Positions 9,440 through 19,659 of a DNA stretch of 64,000 nucleotides are shown here, in pieces. The notes under the pieces were generated by a model. The model searched no databases and was not told the DNA's origin. It saw nothing but the letters and a program-made list of their open reading frames with translations. The position numbers and the translations under genes are program-made. The DNA is from an uncultured delta proteobacterium (GTDB taxonomy: Bacteria; Myxococcota_A; UBA9160; UBA4427). Position 1 is the first letter of the stretch, and every line of letters begins with the position of its first letter. The DNA lies in NCBI GenBank assembly GCA_963822965.1, contig CAWGJT010000010.1:704001-768000 (forward strand). Direction: 5' to 3'.

Positions 9440-9970
9440 ATGGGCGCCGCCAAGAACGCAGACGATCTGCCCGCCGAGGTCGAGTCCTGGCTCGGCAAGG
9501 AGCGCTACGTCGAGAAGACCGAGTTCCCGATCGAGATGGGGTACGTCTACACGACCTGCGCTTCGGTGCAGAACGGCAACCCGCTCTTCTGGGACGCAGG
9601 GGTCGCCCAGGAGCTCACCGGCGGTTCCATCGCACCGCCCACGATGCTCTCGGTGTGGTTCCGGCCGCACTACTGGGCGCCGGGGCGGGAGAAGGTCGCG
9701 CAACCGCTCCAGGTGCACTTCGACCTGAAGGAGAAGCTCGACCTGCCCGAGGCGGTGATGACCGACAACACGATCGTCTTCGGCGAGCCCGTGCGCCCGG
9801 GTGACGTGCTCACCACCTGCCAGGTGCTGCACTCGGTCTCCGCCCTCAAGCAGACGAAGCTCGGCACGGGCCGCTTCTGGGAGATCGAGGTGCGCTACAC
9901 GAACCAGCGCGGCGAGATGGTCGGGACCGAGTGGTACACGGGCTACGGCTACAAGAGGGGGGTCCGATGA
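9440..9970 (+). CDS. MaoC-like dehydratase (ChsH2 N-terminal-like; no DUF35 domain)
   Basis: NGNPLFWD, IAPPTML, PVRPGDVL, KQTKLGTGRF, YTNQRGEMVG; GGAGG RBS. Confidence 0.8.
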   Translation: MGAAKNADDLPAEVESWLGKERYVEKTEFPIEMGYVYTTCASVQNGNPLFWDAGVAQELTGGSIAPPTMLSVWFRPHYWAPGREKVAQPLQVHFDLKEKLDLPEAVMTDNTIVFGEPVRPGDVLTTCQVLHSVSALKQTKLGTGRFWEIEVRYTNQRGEMVGTEWYTGYGYKRGVR

Positions 9971-10440
9971 GCGGAATCCAGAGCCTCACGATCGGAGACG
10001 TGAAGAAGGGCGACGTGCTTCCGGAGCTGTCCGTCGACGTCACGGCCACCACCGTCGTGCTCGGCGCCATGGCGAGCCGGGACTGGCGTCCCATGCATCA
10101 CGACTACGACTTCGCGGTGAACCGGAACGGCACCAAGAACATCTTCCTGAACACCCCCAACCAGGCGGCCTGGTTCGAGCGCTACCTGACGGACTGGACC
10201 GGTCCGAAGGGCCGCCTCGGCCGCATCAAGTTCCGCATGAAGGACTCGGTCTTTCCGGACGACACCATGGTGTTCCGCGGCGAGGTCGCGGACGTGGACC
10301 CCGACGCCGGCTGGGTGGACCTGGAGATGCGGCTGCAGGTGGGCGACAACGTCGTCACCGGCTGCACCGCGCGCATGGCCCTTCCCCGCAGCGCCGACGA
10401 CAACCCCTGGGCCCGCAAGGGCGAAGACTGGCGGCCCTGA
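9967..10440 (+). CDS. MaoC-like enoyl-CoA hydratase (ChsH1-like)
   Basis: ATGA overlap with the previous gene; GAMASRDWRPMHHD and NIFLNT motifs. Confidence 0.82.
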   Translation: MSGIQSLTIGDVKKGDVLPELSVDVTATTVVLGAMASRDWRPMHHDYDFAVNRNGTKNIFLNTPNQAAWFERYLTDWTGPKGRLGRIKFRMKDSVFPDDTMVFRGEVADVDPDAGWVDLEMRLQVGDNVVTGCTARMALPRSADDNPWARKGEDWRP

Positions 10441-10515
10441 GCGGCGAGCCGGCTCGAGCCGGACGCCCGCCGCACCCTCCGAACCCGACCGACCCCGAAG
10501 AAAGGGAAACCGAGC

Positions 10516-11640
10516 ATGGATCTGGACTTCACCGAAGAGCAGCAGATGCTGCGCGAGATGGTGCGCGGCGTCTTCGCCGAGTACGCCCCCATCGAGGCCG
10601 TGCGGGCCCTGGAGGACGATCCCAAGGGCTATCCCGACGCGCTGTGGAAGCAGATGGCCGAGCTCGATCTGCTGGGGCTCACGATTCCCGAGGCCTTCGG
10701 CGGATCGGCCCAGGGCATGCTGGAGGCGGCGATCGTCTACGAGGAGATCGGCCGCTCGCTGGCGCCCACGCCGCACTTCGTGAGCTGCGTGCTGTCCGCC
10801 GGCGCCCTGGCGAAGGCCGGCAGCGAGGAGCAGAAGCAGGCCTGGCTTCCGAAGATCGTCACCGGCGCCGCCATCCTCACGCCGGCCTGGCTCGAGCCCC
10901 GGAACGGCTTCGGTCCCCGGGGCGTGCAGGTGCGGGCGGTGGCCGACGGCGACGCCTTCGTGCTGACCGGCACGAAGTGGCACGTGCTCTTCGCCAGCGC
11001 CGCGACCCGCCTGCTGGTGCTCGCGCGCACCGGCGACGGACTGACGGACGTGGACCTCTTTCTGGTGGACCCGAGCGCGGCGGGCGTGAAGCTCAGCCAG
11101 CAGATGAACCTGGCCTCGGACACCCAGTACGCGGTGGAGCTGGACGGCGTGCGGGTGCCGGCGTCCGACCGCGTGGGGCCGGCCGGCAGCGGCTGGGCCA
11201 CCTGGCACGAGGTGATGCTCGAGGGGATCATCCTCGCGGCCGCCCAGGCCGCGGGCGGTGCCCAGCGATCCCTGGAGCTGACGGTCGCCTACGCGAAGGA
11301 GCGCGAGCAGTTCGACAAGCCCCTCGGTGCATTCCAGGCCATCGCCCACTACCTCGCAGACGCGGCCACCCAGGTGGAAGGTGGCGCCACCCTGGTGTAC
11401 GAGGCGGCCTGGGCCCACAGCGAAGGCAAGCCCATCGCGCGCCTGGCCCCCATGGCGAAGCTCTTCATGTGCCAGGTCTACCGGGACGTGACGGCCATGT
11501 CGCTGCAGGTGTTCGGCGGCGTCGGCTTCACCATCGAGTACGACGCGCAGCTCTACTTCCGCCGTGCCAAGCAGCTGCAGCTCAACTGGTGGGACTCCCG
11601 CACCCTGGAGGAGCTCGTCGCGAGCGACGTGCTCGACTGA
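10516..11640 (+). CDS. Acyl-CoA dehydrogenase (FadE27/FadE28-like partner subunit)
   Basis: MDLDFTEEQ, YAKEREQFDKPLGAFQAIAH, QVFGGVGFTIEYD...YFRRAK. Confidence 0.88.
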   Translation: MDLDFTEEQQMLREMVRGVFAEYAPIEAVRALEDDPKGYPDALWKQMAELDLLGLTIPEAFGGSAQGMLEAAIVYEEIGRSLAPTPHFVSCVLSAGALAKAGSEEQKQAWLPKIVTGAAILTPAWLEPRNGFGPRGVQVRAVADGDAFVLTGTKWHVLFASAATRLLVLARTGDGLTDVDLFLVDPSAAGVKLSQQMNLASDTQYAVELDGVRVPASDRVGPAGSGWATWHEVMLEGIILAAAQAAGGAQRSLELTVAYAKEREQFDKPLGAFQAIAHYLADAATQVEGGATLVYEAAWAHSEGKPIARLAPMAKLFMCQVYRDVTAMSLQVFGGVGFTIEYDAQLYFRRAKQLQLNWWDSRTLEELVASDVLD

Positions 11641-11849
11641 AGACCGTCCCGTCCTTTCCGGAGGTCTCCGGGCGGTGTTACACACGGCCGGAGCCCCGGC
11701 TCGCGCTCTCCCGGCGTCGCGGACGGCGGTCGCCACGGGCTGCCTCTCGCTCGGCGGCGCCCGGGGCGAGACGCTAGGCTGAAGGCTCCGGTGTGGGGTC
11801 GAGCCACGCCGGATTGCTGCTCCATTCGGGCACGTGGAGGAAGGCTTCC

Positions 11850-14800
11850 GTGGGCTCCGGAGAAGTGCGGGCCGACGGCGAGGCCCGAGACCCAGGGATC
11901 CTCGCCTTCGACGAGTTCGAGTTCGACCCGGGGGCATTGACGCTACGCCGGGGCGACGAGCTCGTCGCGCTCCCGGGCAGGCCGATGCAGCTTCTCGCAG
12001 TCCTGTGTCGCCACCGCGACCGTTTCGTCAGCAAGAGCGAGATCCTCGATCTCGTCTGGGGTGATACGGCAGTCAGCGAGGCGTCGGTCTTCACTGCGCT
12101 CCGGGAGCTGCGTCGCGTGCTCGGGGACAGCGGCCGGGAGCAACGGTTCATCCAGACCCGGCGCGGGCACGGATACCGGTTCGCGGCGGCCGTAGAGGGG
12201 CGCGAGGTCTTCGCGACGGCGCGCGTCCGAGACGACTTCGTCGGCCGTGGCCCCCTGCTCGCGCGACTCCGTGCCGCATGCGAAGCGAGCCGCGCCGGTC
12301 GGGGGCAGATCGTGCTGCTGGCCGGCGAGCCGGGCATCGGAAAGACCCGGGTGATCGAGGAGCTCGTCGCCGGTATGCCCCGCGTCCACCGGGCGTGGTG
12401 CTGGGAAGGCAAGGGCGCCCCGCCGTACTGGCCCTGGATCCAGCTGCTGCGCGATCTGTGCCGGGACGAAGGCGGTGTCTCCCTGGCGCGCGAGGCTGCG
12501 GGCTCACCCGTCGCCACGCTCTTGTCCGAGGGGGACGGGACGCTGCCGTCGGCGGAGCTCCTGGAGCGCCCGGACGCCCGCTTCCGGCTCTTCGAGGCCG
12601 TGTGGCGCCTGCTCGAGCGAGCGTGCCGCAGCGCGCCGCGAATCCTCGTGGTGGAGGACCTGCACTGGGCGGATGCCTCGTCGCTGCAGGTGCTGGAGTT
12701 CGTGGCGCACGAGTCCCATGCGAGTGGATCGCTGCTGCTCGCGTCCTATCGAGACAACGAGATCCGGGCGCCCCATCCCCTCGCCGAGACGCTCGGACGC
12801 CTGCGGCGACGGGCGCAGGTCACGGTCGAGGAGCTCGAGGGGCTCGACGAGGATGCCGTCGCCTCGCTCATCGGGCGACTCTCCGGCGCGCACGCGGCGA
12901 ACGAGCAGGTGCGGGACACCCGGGAGCGGACGGGCGGCAACCCGCTGTGGATCCGGGCCCTCTTCGGCCTCGGCGGAGGCGTCGCGGGCGCCGCGCTCCC
13001 GCTCTCGCGGGCCCCGGTGCGCGACGTGCTGGAGGGGTTGGCGGGACGGCTCTCGGCGGAGACCCGCCGTCTGCTGGAGTGCGCCGCGGTGCTCGGCACC
13101 GAGGCGCCCCTCGCCCTGCTCGGGCAGCTCGCCCGGCTGGGGGACGCGGCGCTGCGGCGGGCGGTAGCCGAGGCCGAGCGAGCGGGCTTCCTGCGGCTCG
13201 ATCGCGGGGGGCGCGTGCGCTTCGTCCATGCCCTGATGCAGGAGACCTTCTACCAGAGCGTGCCCGTGCAGCGGGCCGCGTCGCTCCACGAGCGTGCCGG
13301 CCGGCTCCTGGAGGCGCTGCACCGGGAGGACCCCGGTCCGCATCTCTCGGAGATCGCCGGACACTTCGACAAGGCAGCCGCGTGGGGTGATGCCGCTCGG
13401 GCGCTGGACTATGCGCGGCGCTCGGGGGAGCGCGCCATGCGCCTGCTGGCCTTCGACGAGGCGGCCGCGCACTTCGCGCGCGCCCGCGCGGCCCTCGACC
13501 ACCTGCCGGCCGCCGGTGACCTCGAACGCTGCGACCTGCTCCTGGCGGAGGCCGAGGCCCTGGCACGAGGCGGCCGTCTGGCGGCCTCCATCGCCTGCTG
13601 CCGTCCCGCCGTGGAGATCGCACGCGAGCGCGGCGACGGGGTGCGCCTCGCGCGAGCGGCAATCGGCAGCGTGGGACGACTGCTGCCCATGGGCGTGCTC
13701 GAGGCCGGCGATGCCGATCTGCTGAAGGAGGCGCTGCTTGCGGCACCGGAGGAGTCGAGGGCTCTGCGCGCGGAGCTGCTGCTGCGGCTCGCCGCGCACG
13801 CGAGTGCATCCGCCGAGCCGGAATCGGCGGCTCGGCTCATGCAGGAAGGCGCCCGCCTCGCCGCCGCGAGCGGAGACGCGGCCGTCCAGGCCCTCGTGAT
13901 CCGCACCCAGGCCTACGACCGGGCGGGCGGGGTGGATCCAGTGACCCGCCTCGAGGCGGCCGCGGAAGCCTTCGAGCGAGCGGATCGCACGGGCGACCAC
14001 GAAGCCGCGGCCATGGCTCTGTTCCTGGGCATGACGGGTCGTCTCGTCACGGGGGAGGTGGACCAGGCGGATCGAGCCGCCAGGATCCTGCAGCACCGGA
14101 TCGACCGACAGCGCCTGCTTCAGGTCGAGCCCTTCCTGCTCGGGTATCGCGCCACACGCGCGCTCATGGCCGGCCGCTACGACGACGCGGAGCGCCTCGC
14201 CATCGAGACCGCGCAGCTCGGCACTCGTGTGAGCTCACCGGTGACGACCATGTACTTCGGCGTCCCCCAGCTCGGCGAGCTGCGCCGGGTGCAGGGGAGG
14301 GCGTCGGAGATCGTCGGCCTTCTCGTGGACGTGCCCGAGCGGTTCCCCGACCAGAACGGCTTCATCGCGCCCACGGCGTTGATGCTCGCCGAGGCGGGCG
14401 CGCGCGACGAGGCCCGCCGGCTCTTCCGGCGAGCAGCCGGGCTGGGCTTCGACCGACTTCCACGCGACGCCAACCATCTCGCGCTGCTCGCGATGTTCGC
14501 CGAGGGCGCGGCGGCTCTGGGCGAACGGGACGCCGCCCGTCCCCTCTACGATCTGCTGGCTCCCCATGCCCACTGGTACGCCTCCGCGGGCCATGCCCAG
14601 GCCTTCATGGGACCCGTGCCCCTGTTCCTCGGGCTGCTCGCGGGGCTCGCGGGCTGGGACGAGCGCGCCGACGCGCACTTCGGCATGGCCCTCGAGGCCG
14701 CGGCGCGCCTCGACGTGCCGCCGATCGAGGCGCGAACCCGCCTCTTCTGGGCGCGCGCCCTCGCCACGCGCCTCCGGCCCGACACCGCGAGAGCCCGCGC

Positions 14801-14900
14801 GCTCGCCGGCGAGGCCCGGACCAGCGGCGAAGCCCTGGGCATGCATGCGCTCGTGCGGGCCGCCCACGAGATCGAGCACGCGACGCCACACGAGGGCTGA
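11850..14900 (+). CDS. Large regulator: OmpR/CadC-type winged-helix domain + STAND/AAA ATPase + helical repeat region
   Basis: N-terminal LRRVLGDSG...FIQTRRGHGYRF; Walker A GEPGIGKT; Walker B VVEDLHWAD; GGNPL; start chosen at GTG after GGAGG (ORF open from 11793). Confidence 0.85.
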   Translation: MGSGEVRADGEARDPGILAFDEFEFDPGALTLRRGDELVALPGRPMQLLAVLCRHRDRFVSKSEILDLVWGDTAVSEASVFTALRELRRVLGDSGREQRFIQTRRGHGYRFAAAVEGREVFATARVRDDFVGRGPLLARLRAACEASRAGRGQIVLLAGEPGIGKTRVIEELVAGMPRVHRAWCWEGKGAPPYWPWIQLLRDLCRDEGGVSLAREAAGSPVATLLSEGDGTLPSAELLERPDARFRLFEAVWRLLERACRSAPRILVVEDLHWADASSLQVLEFVAHESHASGSLLLASYRDNEIRAPHPLAETLGRLRRRAQVTVEELEGLDEDAVASLIGRLSGAHAANEQVRDTRERTGGNPLWIRALFGLGGGVAGAALPLSRAPVRDVLEGLAGRLSAETRRLLECAAVLGTEAPLALLGQLARLGDAALRRAVAEAERAGFLRLDRGGRVRFVHALMQETFYQSVPVQRAASLHERAGRLLEALHREDPGPHLSEIAGHFDKAAAWGDAARALDYARRSGERAMRLLAFDEAAAHFARARAALDHLPAAGDLERCDLLLAEAEALARGGRLAASIACCRPAVEIARERGDGVRLARAAIGSVGRLLPMGVLEAGDADLLKEALLAAPEESRALRAELLLRLAAHASASAEPESAARLMQEGARLAAASGDAAVQALVIRTQAYDRAGGVDPVTRLEAAAEAFERADRTGDHEAAAMALFLGMTGRLVTGEVDQADRAARILQHRIDRQRLLQVEPFLLGYRATRALMAGRYDDAERLAIETAQLGTRVSSPVTTMYFGVPQLGELRRVQGRASEIVGLLVDVPERFPDQNGFIAPTALMLAEAGARDEARRLFRRAAGLGFDRLPRDANHLALLAMFAEGAAALGERDAARPLYDLLAPHAHWYASAGHAQAFMGPVPLFLGLLAGLAGWDERADAHFGMALEAAARLDVPPIEARTRLFWARALATRLRPDTARARALAGEARTSGEALGMHALVRAAHEIEHATPHEG

Positions 14901-14915
14901 AGCGGGCTCGGGCCC

Positions 14916-17900
14916 TCATGCGGGTCGTTCCCGGCTTCGGCGGTCGCGCTTGCGGACGCGTCCGGACCCCAGACCCGCGAGGGCCCCGGCGAGCAGCGCC
15001 AGGCCGAAGGGCCCGAGCGCCGGGAGCTGCATCGGGGGAGTCCTCACGCCCGGGCCGCCCGGATCGACGATCATCCCGTCTACGCTCGTGGCATCGCCGA
15101 GCGCTCCGTCGACGAGGGCGAACGCCACCGTCCCCACGGTCTGGGCGCCCACCGCCGCGGTGCCGAACGTCGCGCCCGGCAAGGTGTACCAATCCGAGCT
15201 GGCCGGATCGCCTGGCACGGTGGGACCGAACTTGCGGTACGGCGGCGCCAGCGACGCGGTGGCGTGGAAGTAGATGCGGACTGCGGCCGACGAGCAGGGG
15301 GCCATGAACGAGACCAGGCCCAGCGGATAGTCGAAGCTCGGATCCGGGGCGCCCACCTCGGCCTCGGCCATGACGTGCACGTCCAGCAGCTCGCTGCATC
15401 CGCCCGAGACCTCGACGGTCACGTAGCTCGTGCCGCCGGGGTCTGGAAGCGAGGTGACGCCGGTCTGGTTGCTGTCGGCGAGACCGTCGCCGTTGCCGTC
15501 CCCGCCGTTGGGACCGGCGTCCTCCACCACCGTGGGGATGCCGTCGCCGTCGTCGTCGGGCGAGTCGGTGCGAATGTCGGCCTCGGTCGCCTGGCCGCCG
15601 ACGCGACGCCACCGGCCGTGGGCCGGTACGAGTGGAGGAGTCGTCGTGAGCGGCGCATAGAGGAGGCGCGCGCGCCAGCGGTAGAGGGTGGCCGGCGCGA
15701 GGCCGGTCAACGTCTCGGTGACACGAGTGCCGAAGAGGGTCGCGGGCAGCGTCTTCCAGGTGGTGCCGAGCTGCGACGTGCAGCTCGCGCCGCCGAAGGC
15801 CACACCGGGCGGGCACGCCTCGAGCTCGATCTTGACGCGCCCGCGCCCAGCGGGATGCTTGGCGTACATGGCGACCGCGAACGAGTCGCGCTCGCTGCTG
15901 CTTCCCCAGGGCGGCACCGGGACCGGGCTGCCCTCGTCGGGCAGCTGCTGCGCGGCCACGGGGAGGGCGAGGTCGTTGCTGAGGAACAGGAACCCCGCGC
16001 CTGCGTCCACCGCTGCGCCGCTGAAGGTCGGGGCGCCCACGATCACGTCCGCGAGACCGTCTCCGTCGACGTCCCGCCCCGGCGACGCTGGCACCGAAAT
16101 TTGCCGCGGGCTGGTAGGCCTCGAGCTTCGTGTTCGCGCCGGCCGCGGTGGTCGATTCGATGCCGTCGGTCCCACCGAGGAAGACGAACGCCGCCCCTTC
16201 GGCGTTCGGACCCGAGAAGTATGTTGGGCGACCGACGATCACGTCGCTGTAGCCGTCGCCATTCAGGTCTCCGGCCCCGGCCACGTTCCACCGAAGTACG
16301 TGAACGCGGGATCGCCTTGGATCGTGTGGCGCGGGAAGTTCGCGATGCCGCTCGCCCCGCCGAAGAACACGAGGGCCTCGCCGGGTGGCTGCGGGGGGAA
16401 CGCCGGAATGTCGGGAAGGAAGGCACTCGGCGCGCCGACGATCACGTCGGCGTAGCCGTCGCCGTTGACGTCGCCGGCCCCGGCGACGCTCGTTCCGAGC
16501 GACATCGAGGAGACGGCGATCTGGATTCGCTCGAGCTGGGCATCCGCCGTGCTCGGGCTCCCGTCGGAGATGCCCGATGCGCTCCCCAGGAAGACGAAGG
16601 CGGCCCCCTCGTCGTGTCTCGCCCAGGGCCATCGTATTGGTGCGCGCCGACGATCACGTCGGCGTAGCCGTCGCCGTTCACGTCGCCGGCGCCGGCGACG
16701 CGGCAGCCGAAGCACGCGTCGGCCTGGTTCGACTCGAGCTGGGCGTCGGCGGTGGTCGGGGTCCGCGTCCGCGATCCCCGCCGCGCTGCCCAGGAAGACG
16801 AAGGCGGCGCCCTCGTCGGTCTCGCCGTCGTCGTAGGTGGCGCCGACGATGACGTCGGCGTAGCCGTCGCCGTTCACGTCGCCGGCTCCGGCCACGCTCG
16901 CAGCCGAAGCGGCGCGCCTGCCTGATTCGACTCGAGTCGGGCATCGTGCGCTGGCGGGATCTCCATCCGCGATCCCGAGCGCGCTGCCGAGGAAGACGAA
17001 GGCGGCGCCCTCGTCTGGTCTCGCCCGAATCGTAGTAGCGTGCGCGCCGACGATGACGTCGGCGTAGCCGTCGCCGTTCACGTCGCCCGCCCCGGCGACG
17101 CTGCTGCCGAAGTCCGGCGTAGGCCTGGTTCGACTCGAGCTGCGCAGTCGGCGGATGGTCGGGATCCGTCGGCGATGCCGGAGGCGCTCCCGAGGAAGAC
17201 GAAGGCCGCCCCTTCGCTCGGCTCCCCGCCGTCGTAGTCGGGCGCGCCGACGATGACGTCGGCGTAGCCGTCGCCGTTCACGTCGCCCGCGCCGGCCACG
17301 CTCATGCCGAGCTCGGCGCCGCCTGGTTCCGACTCGAGCCGGGCGCGGCGTCTGGGATTGCCAGTCCGACGATCCCCGTCGCGCCCTCCCAGGAAGACGA
17401 AGCGCGGCCCCCTCGTCGGTCCCGCCGCGCGTCGTACAGTGGGCGCCGACGATGACGTCGGCGTAGCCGTCGCCGTTCACGTCGCCCGCGCCCGCCACGC
17501 TCGCAGCCGCAGATACGCGCTCGCCTGGTCCGACTCGAGCTGCGCGTGCGGCCGTCGCTGGGATCGCCGTCCAGCGATCCCCGACGCGCTGCCGAGGAAG
17601 ACGAAGGCGGCCCCCTCGTCCGCGGTCGCCCGCGTCGTAACTGGGGCGCCCCGACGATCACGTCGGCGTAGCCGTCGCCGTTCACGTCGCCCGGCCCCGG
17701 CCACGCTCGCAGCCGAGGTAGCGCGACGTCGCCTGGTTCGACTCGAGCCGCGCATCGGCCGTCGCGGGGTCGCCGTCCGGCGATCCCCGGCGCGCTGCCG
17801 AGGAAGACGAAGGCGGCGCCCTCGTCGGTCTCGCCGGCGTCGTAGCTGCGGCGCCCCGACGATGAGTCGGCGTAGCCGTCGCCGTTCACGTCGCCGGCGC

Positions 17901-19467
17901 CCGCCACGCTGTGCCCGAGGTGCGCGTCCGACCTGGTTCGACTCGAGCTGGGCGTCGGCCGTCGCCGGGTCGCCGTCCGGCGATGCCCGGCGGCGCTGCC
18001 GAGGAAGACGAAGGCCGCCCCCTCGTTGTCTCGCCCGCGTCGTAGTAGGGGGCGCCCACGATGACGTCGTCGTAGCCGTCGCCGTTCACGTCGCCGGCGC
18101 CCGCCACGCTGACGCCGAACTCCGCGCCCTCCTGGTCCGACTCGAGCGGGCGTGCGGCCGTGGCGGGATCTCCGCTCGCGACGATCCCGGCGGCGCTGCC
18201 GAGGAAGATGAAGGCGCGCCCCCTCGTTGGTCTGGCCGCGTCGTAGAAGCGGGCTCCGACGATCACGTCGGCATAGCCGTCGCCGTTCACGTCGCCGGCC
18301 CCGGCCACGGACTCCGCCGAGGTACGCGGCCGCCTGGTTCGATTCGAGCTGGGTGTCCGCGGCCGTCGCATCTCCGTCCGCGATCCCGGCGCGCTGCCGA
18401 GGAAGACGAGCGCGACTCCCTCGTACGGCTGGCCCGCGTCGTCGTTGGGAGCTCCGACGATGACGTCCGCGTAGCCATCGCCGTTGACGTCGCCGGCCCC
18501 CGCGACGCTGTGGCCCAGGAAGGCCGATGTCTGGCTGGACTCGAGCTGCGCGTGCGCGGTGGCGGGGCTGCCGTCCGCGATGCCGGTCGCGCTGCCCAGG
18601 AAGACGAAGGCCGCCGCCGGAGTCCGGTCTGCGCCGCGTCATAGTTGGGGCGCCGACGATGACGTCCGCATAGCCGTCGCCGTTCACGTCACCGGCGCCC
18701 GCGACGCTGAAGCCGAAGGCCGCCGCCGTCTGGCTCGACGCCAGCTGGGTGTCGGCCGTCTCGGTCAGCAGGGGATCCACGACGACCGGATAGACCGCGT
18801 CGGCATCCTCCACGGCGAGCCGCAGCCGCTGCCCGGCGGGCAGCTCGATGCGGGTCGGCAGCGCCCTTCCCGTGGCGTCCCAGGCGCGCAGGTCGGCGTA
18901 GCGAAGCGTTCGACCCGTCGGGGTGTGGATCACCACGGCGTCGCCGCGAAGCGACGCGCTGGCGTCCTCGATCCGGAGCTCGATTGCGAGCGGACCGTCG
19001 CCCGCCGGACGCGCGGGTAGGTCGAAGCCTTGCTCGAGGCCCGCGTCGGAGTTCTCGTACCACTCGAGGACGTCCTGGTGCTGGATCTCGACGCGAGACC
19101 CTTCGCTCGCGATGCGCCCGGCTCCGGGCTCCGAGAGTCGCTGGCCGCGGCCGACGCCGGCGAGCACGAGCCCGAGGAGCCTCGGGCTGCCCGTGGCGGT
19201 GCGGTCGTGTATGCGAATTCCCGTCGGCTCGAAGTAGGTGCGGAGGTCGTGTGCGCGGTTCGGGGCCTGCAGGCCCCGGGCGCTCGGGGAGGCCCGATAC
19301 TCCCGCTGGGCGATTCCGCTCTGGACGCGAGCGAGCCAGCCGCCGGGAATGGCCGCCGCCTCGGGACTCCTGGCCCGGGTCCCGCGTGGGTTCGTCGCAC
19401 CGCAGCCCACCAGCACGACGATGGTCAGCATTCCCGCAAGCTCTCGCGTGTAGCCTCGCCTCGGCAT
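14916..19467 (-). CDS. Large FG-GAP/integrin-alpha-repeat surface protein with choice-of-anchor-U-like domain and IPTL-CTERM-like anchor (multiple frameshifts)
   Basis: N-terminal lipobox-like LVGC; 14 copies of VAGAGDVNGDGYADVIVGA at about 200-nt period over shifting frames; C-terminal DGNGDGLADSNQ...DGALGD...IVDPGGPG then LPALGPFGLALLAGALAGLG-RVRKR. Confidence 0.8.
16030..18730 (-). repeat. Intragenic array of 14 FG-GAP repeats (about 200 nt each)
   Basis: Recurrent plus-strand core gtagccgtcgccgttcacgtc near 16250, 16452, 16664, 16860, 17064, 17264, 17462, 17668, 17872, 18072, 18273, 18471, 18670, plus a degenerate copy near 16060. Confidence 0.88.
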
Positions 19468-19563
19468 GTCTCCTCCCCGGCGCCGTCCCCCGGCGGGGCC
19501 GGGGAGGTGCCGGCTCGCGCAGGACGGAACCCTCGTCCCGATCCTTGCACGAGAGGAGCCCGC

Positions 19564-19596
19564 AGATCCTGAGGCGAATCTGAAGCGATCCTGAAA
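19564..19596. promoter_or_regulatory. Three 11-bp direct repeats, candidate winged-helix activator site
   Basis: AGATCCTGAGG / CGAATCTGAAG / CGATCCTGAAA, about 100 bp upstream of the FG-GAP gene start. Confidence 0.5.
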
Positions 19597-19659
19597 TCCG
19601 TCGTGGCGGGCTGCCGGGCGCGCCGCTCCGCCCCGTCGTGCGGCGCACGGGGCCGCGCT

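Noticed and set aside
16030..18730. Regularly spaced repeats as a possible CRISPR array
   Set aside because: The period is about 200 nt, the intervening parts are homologous and coding (FG-GAP), and there are no cas genes.
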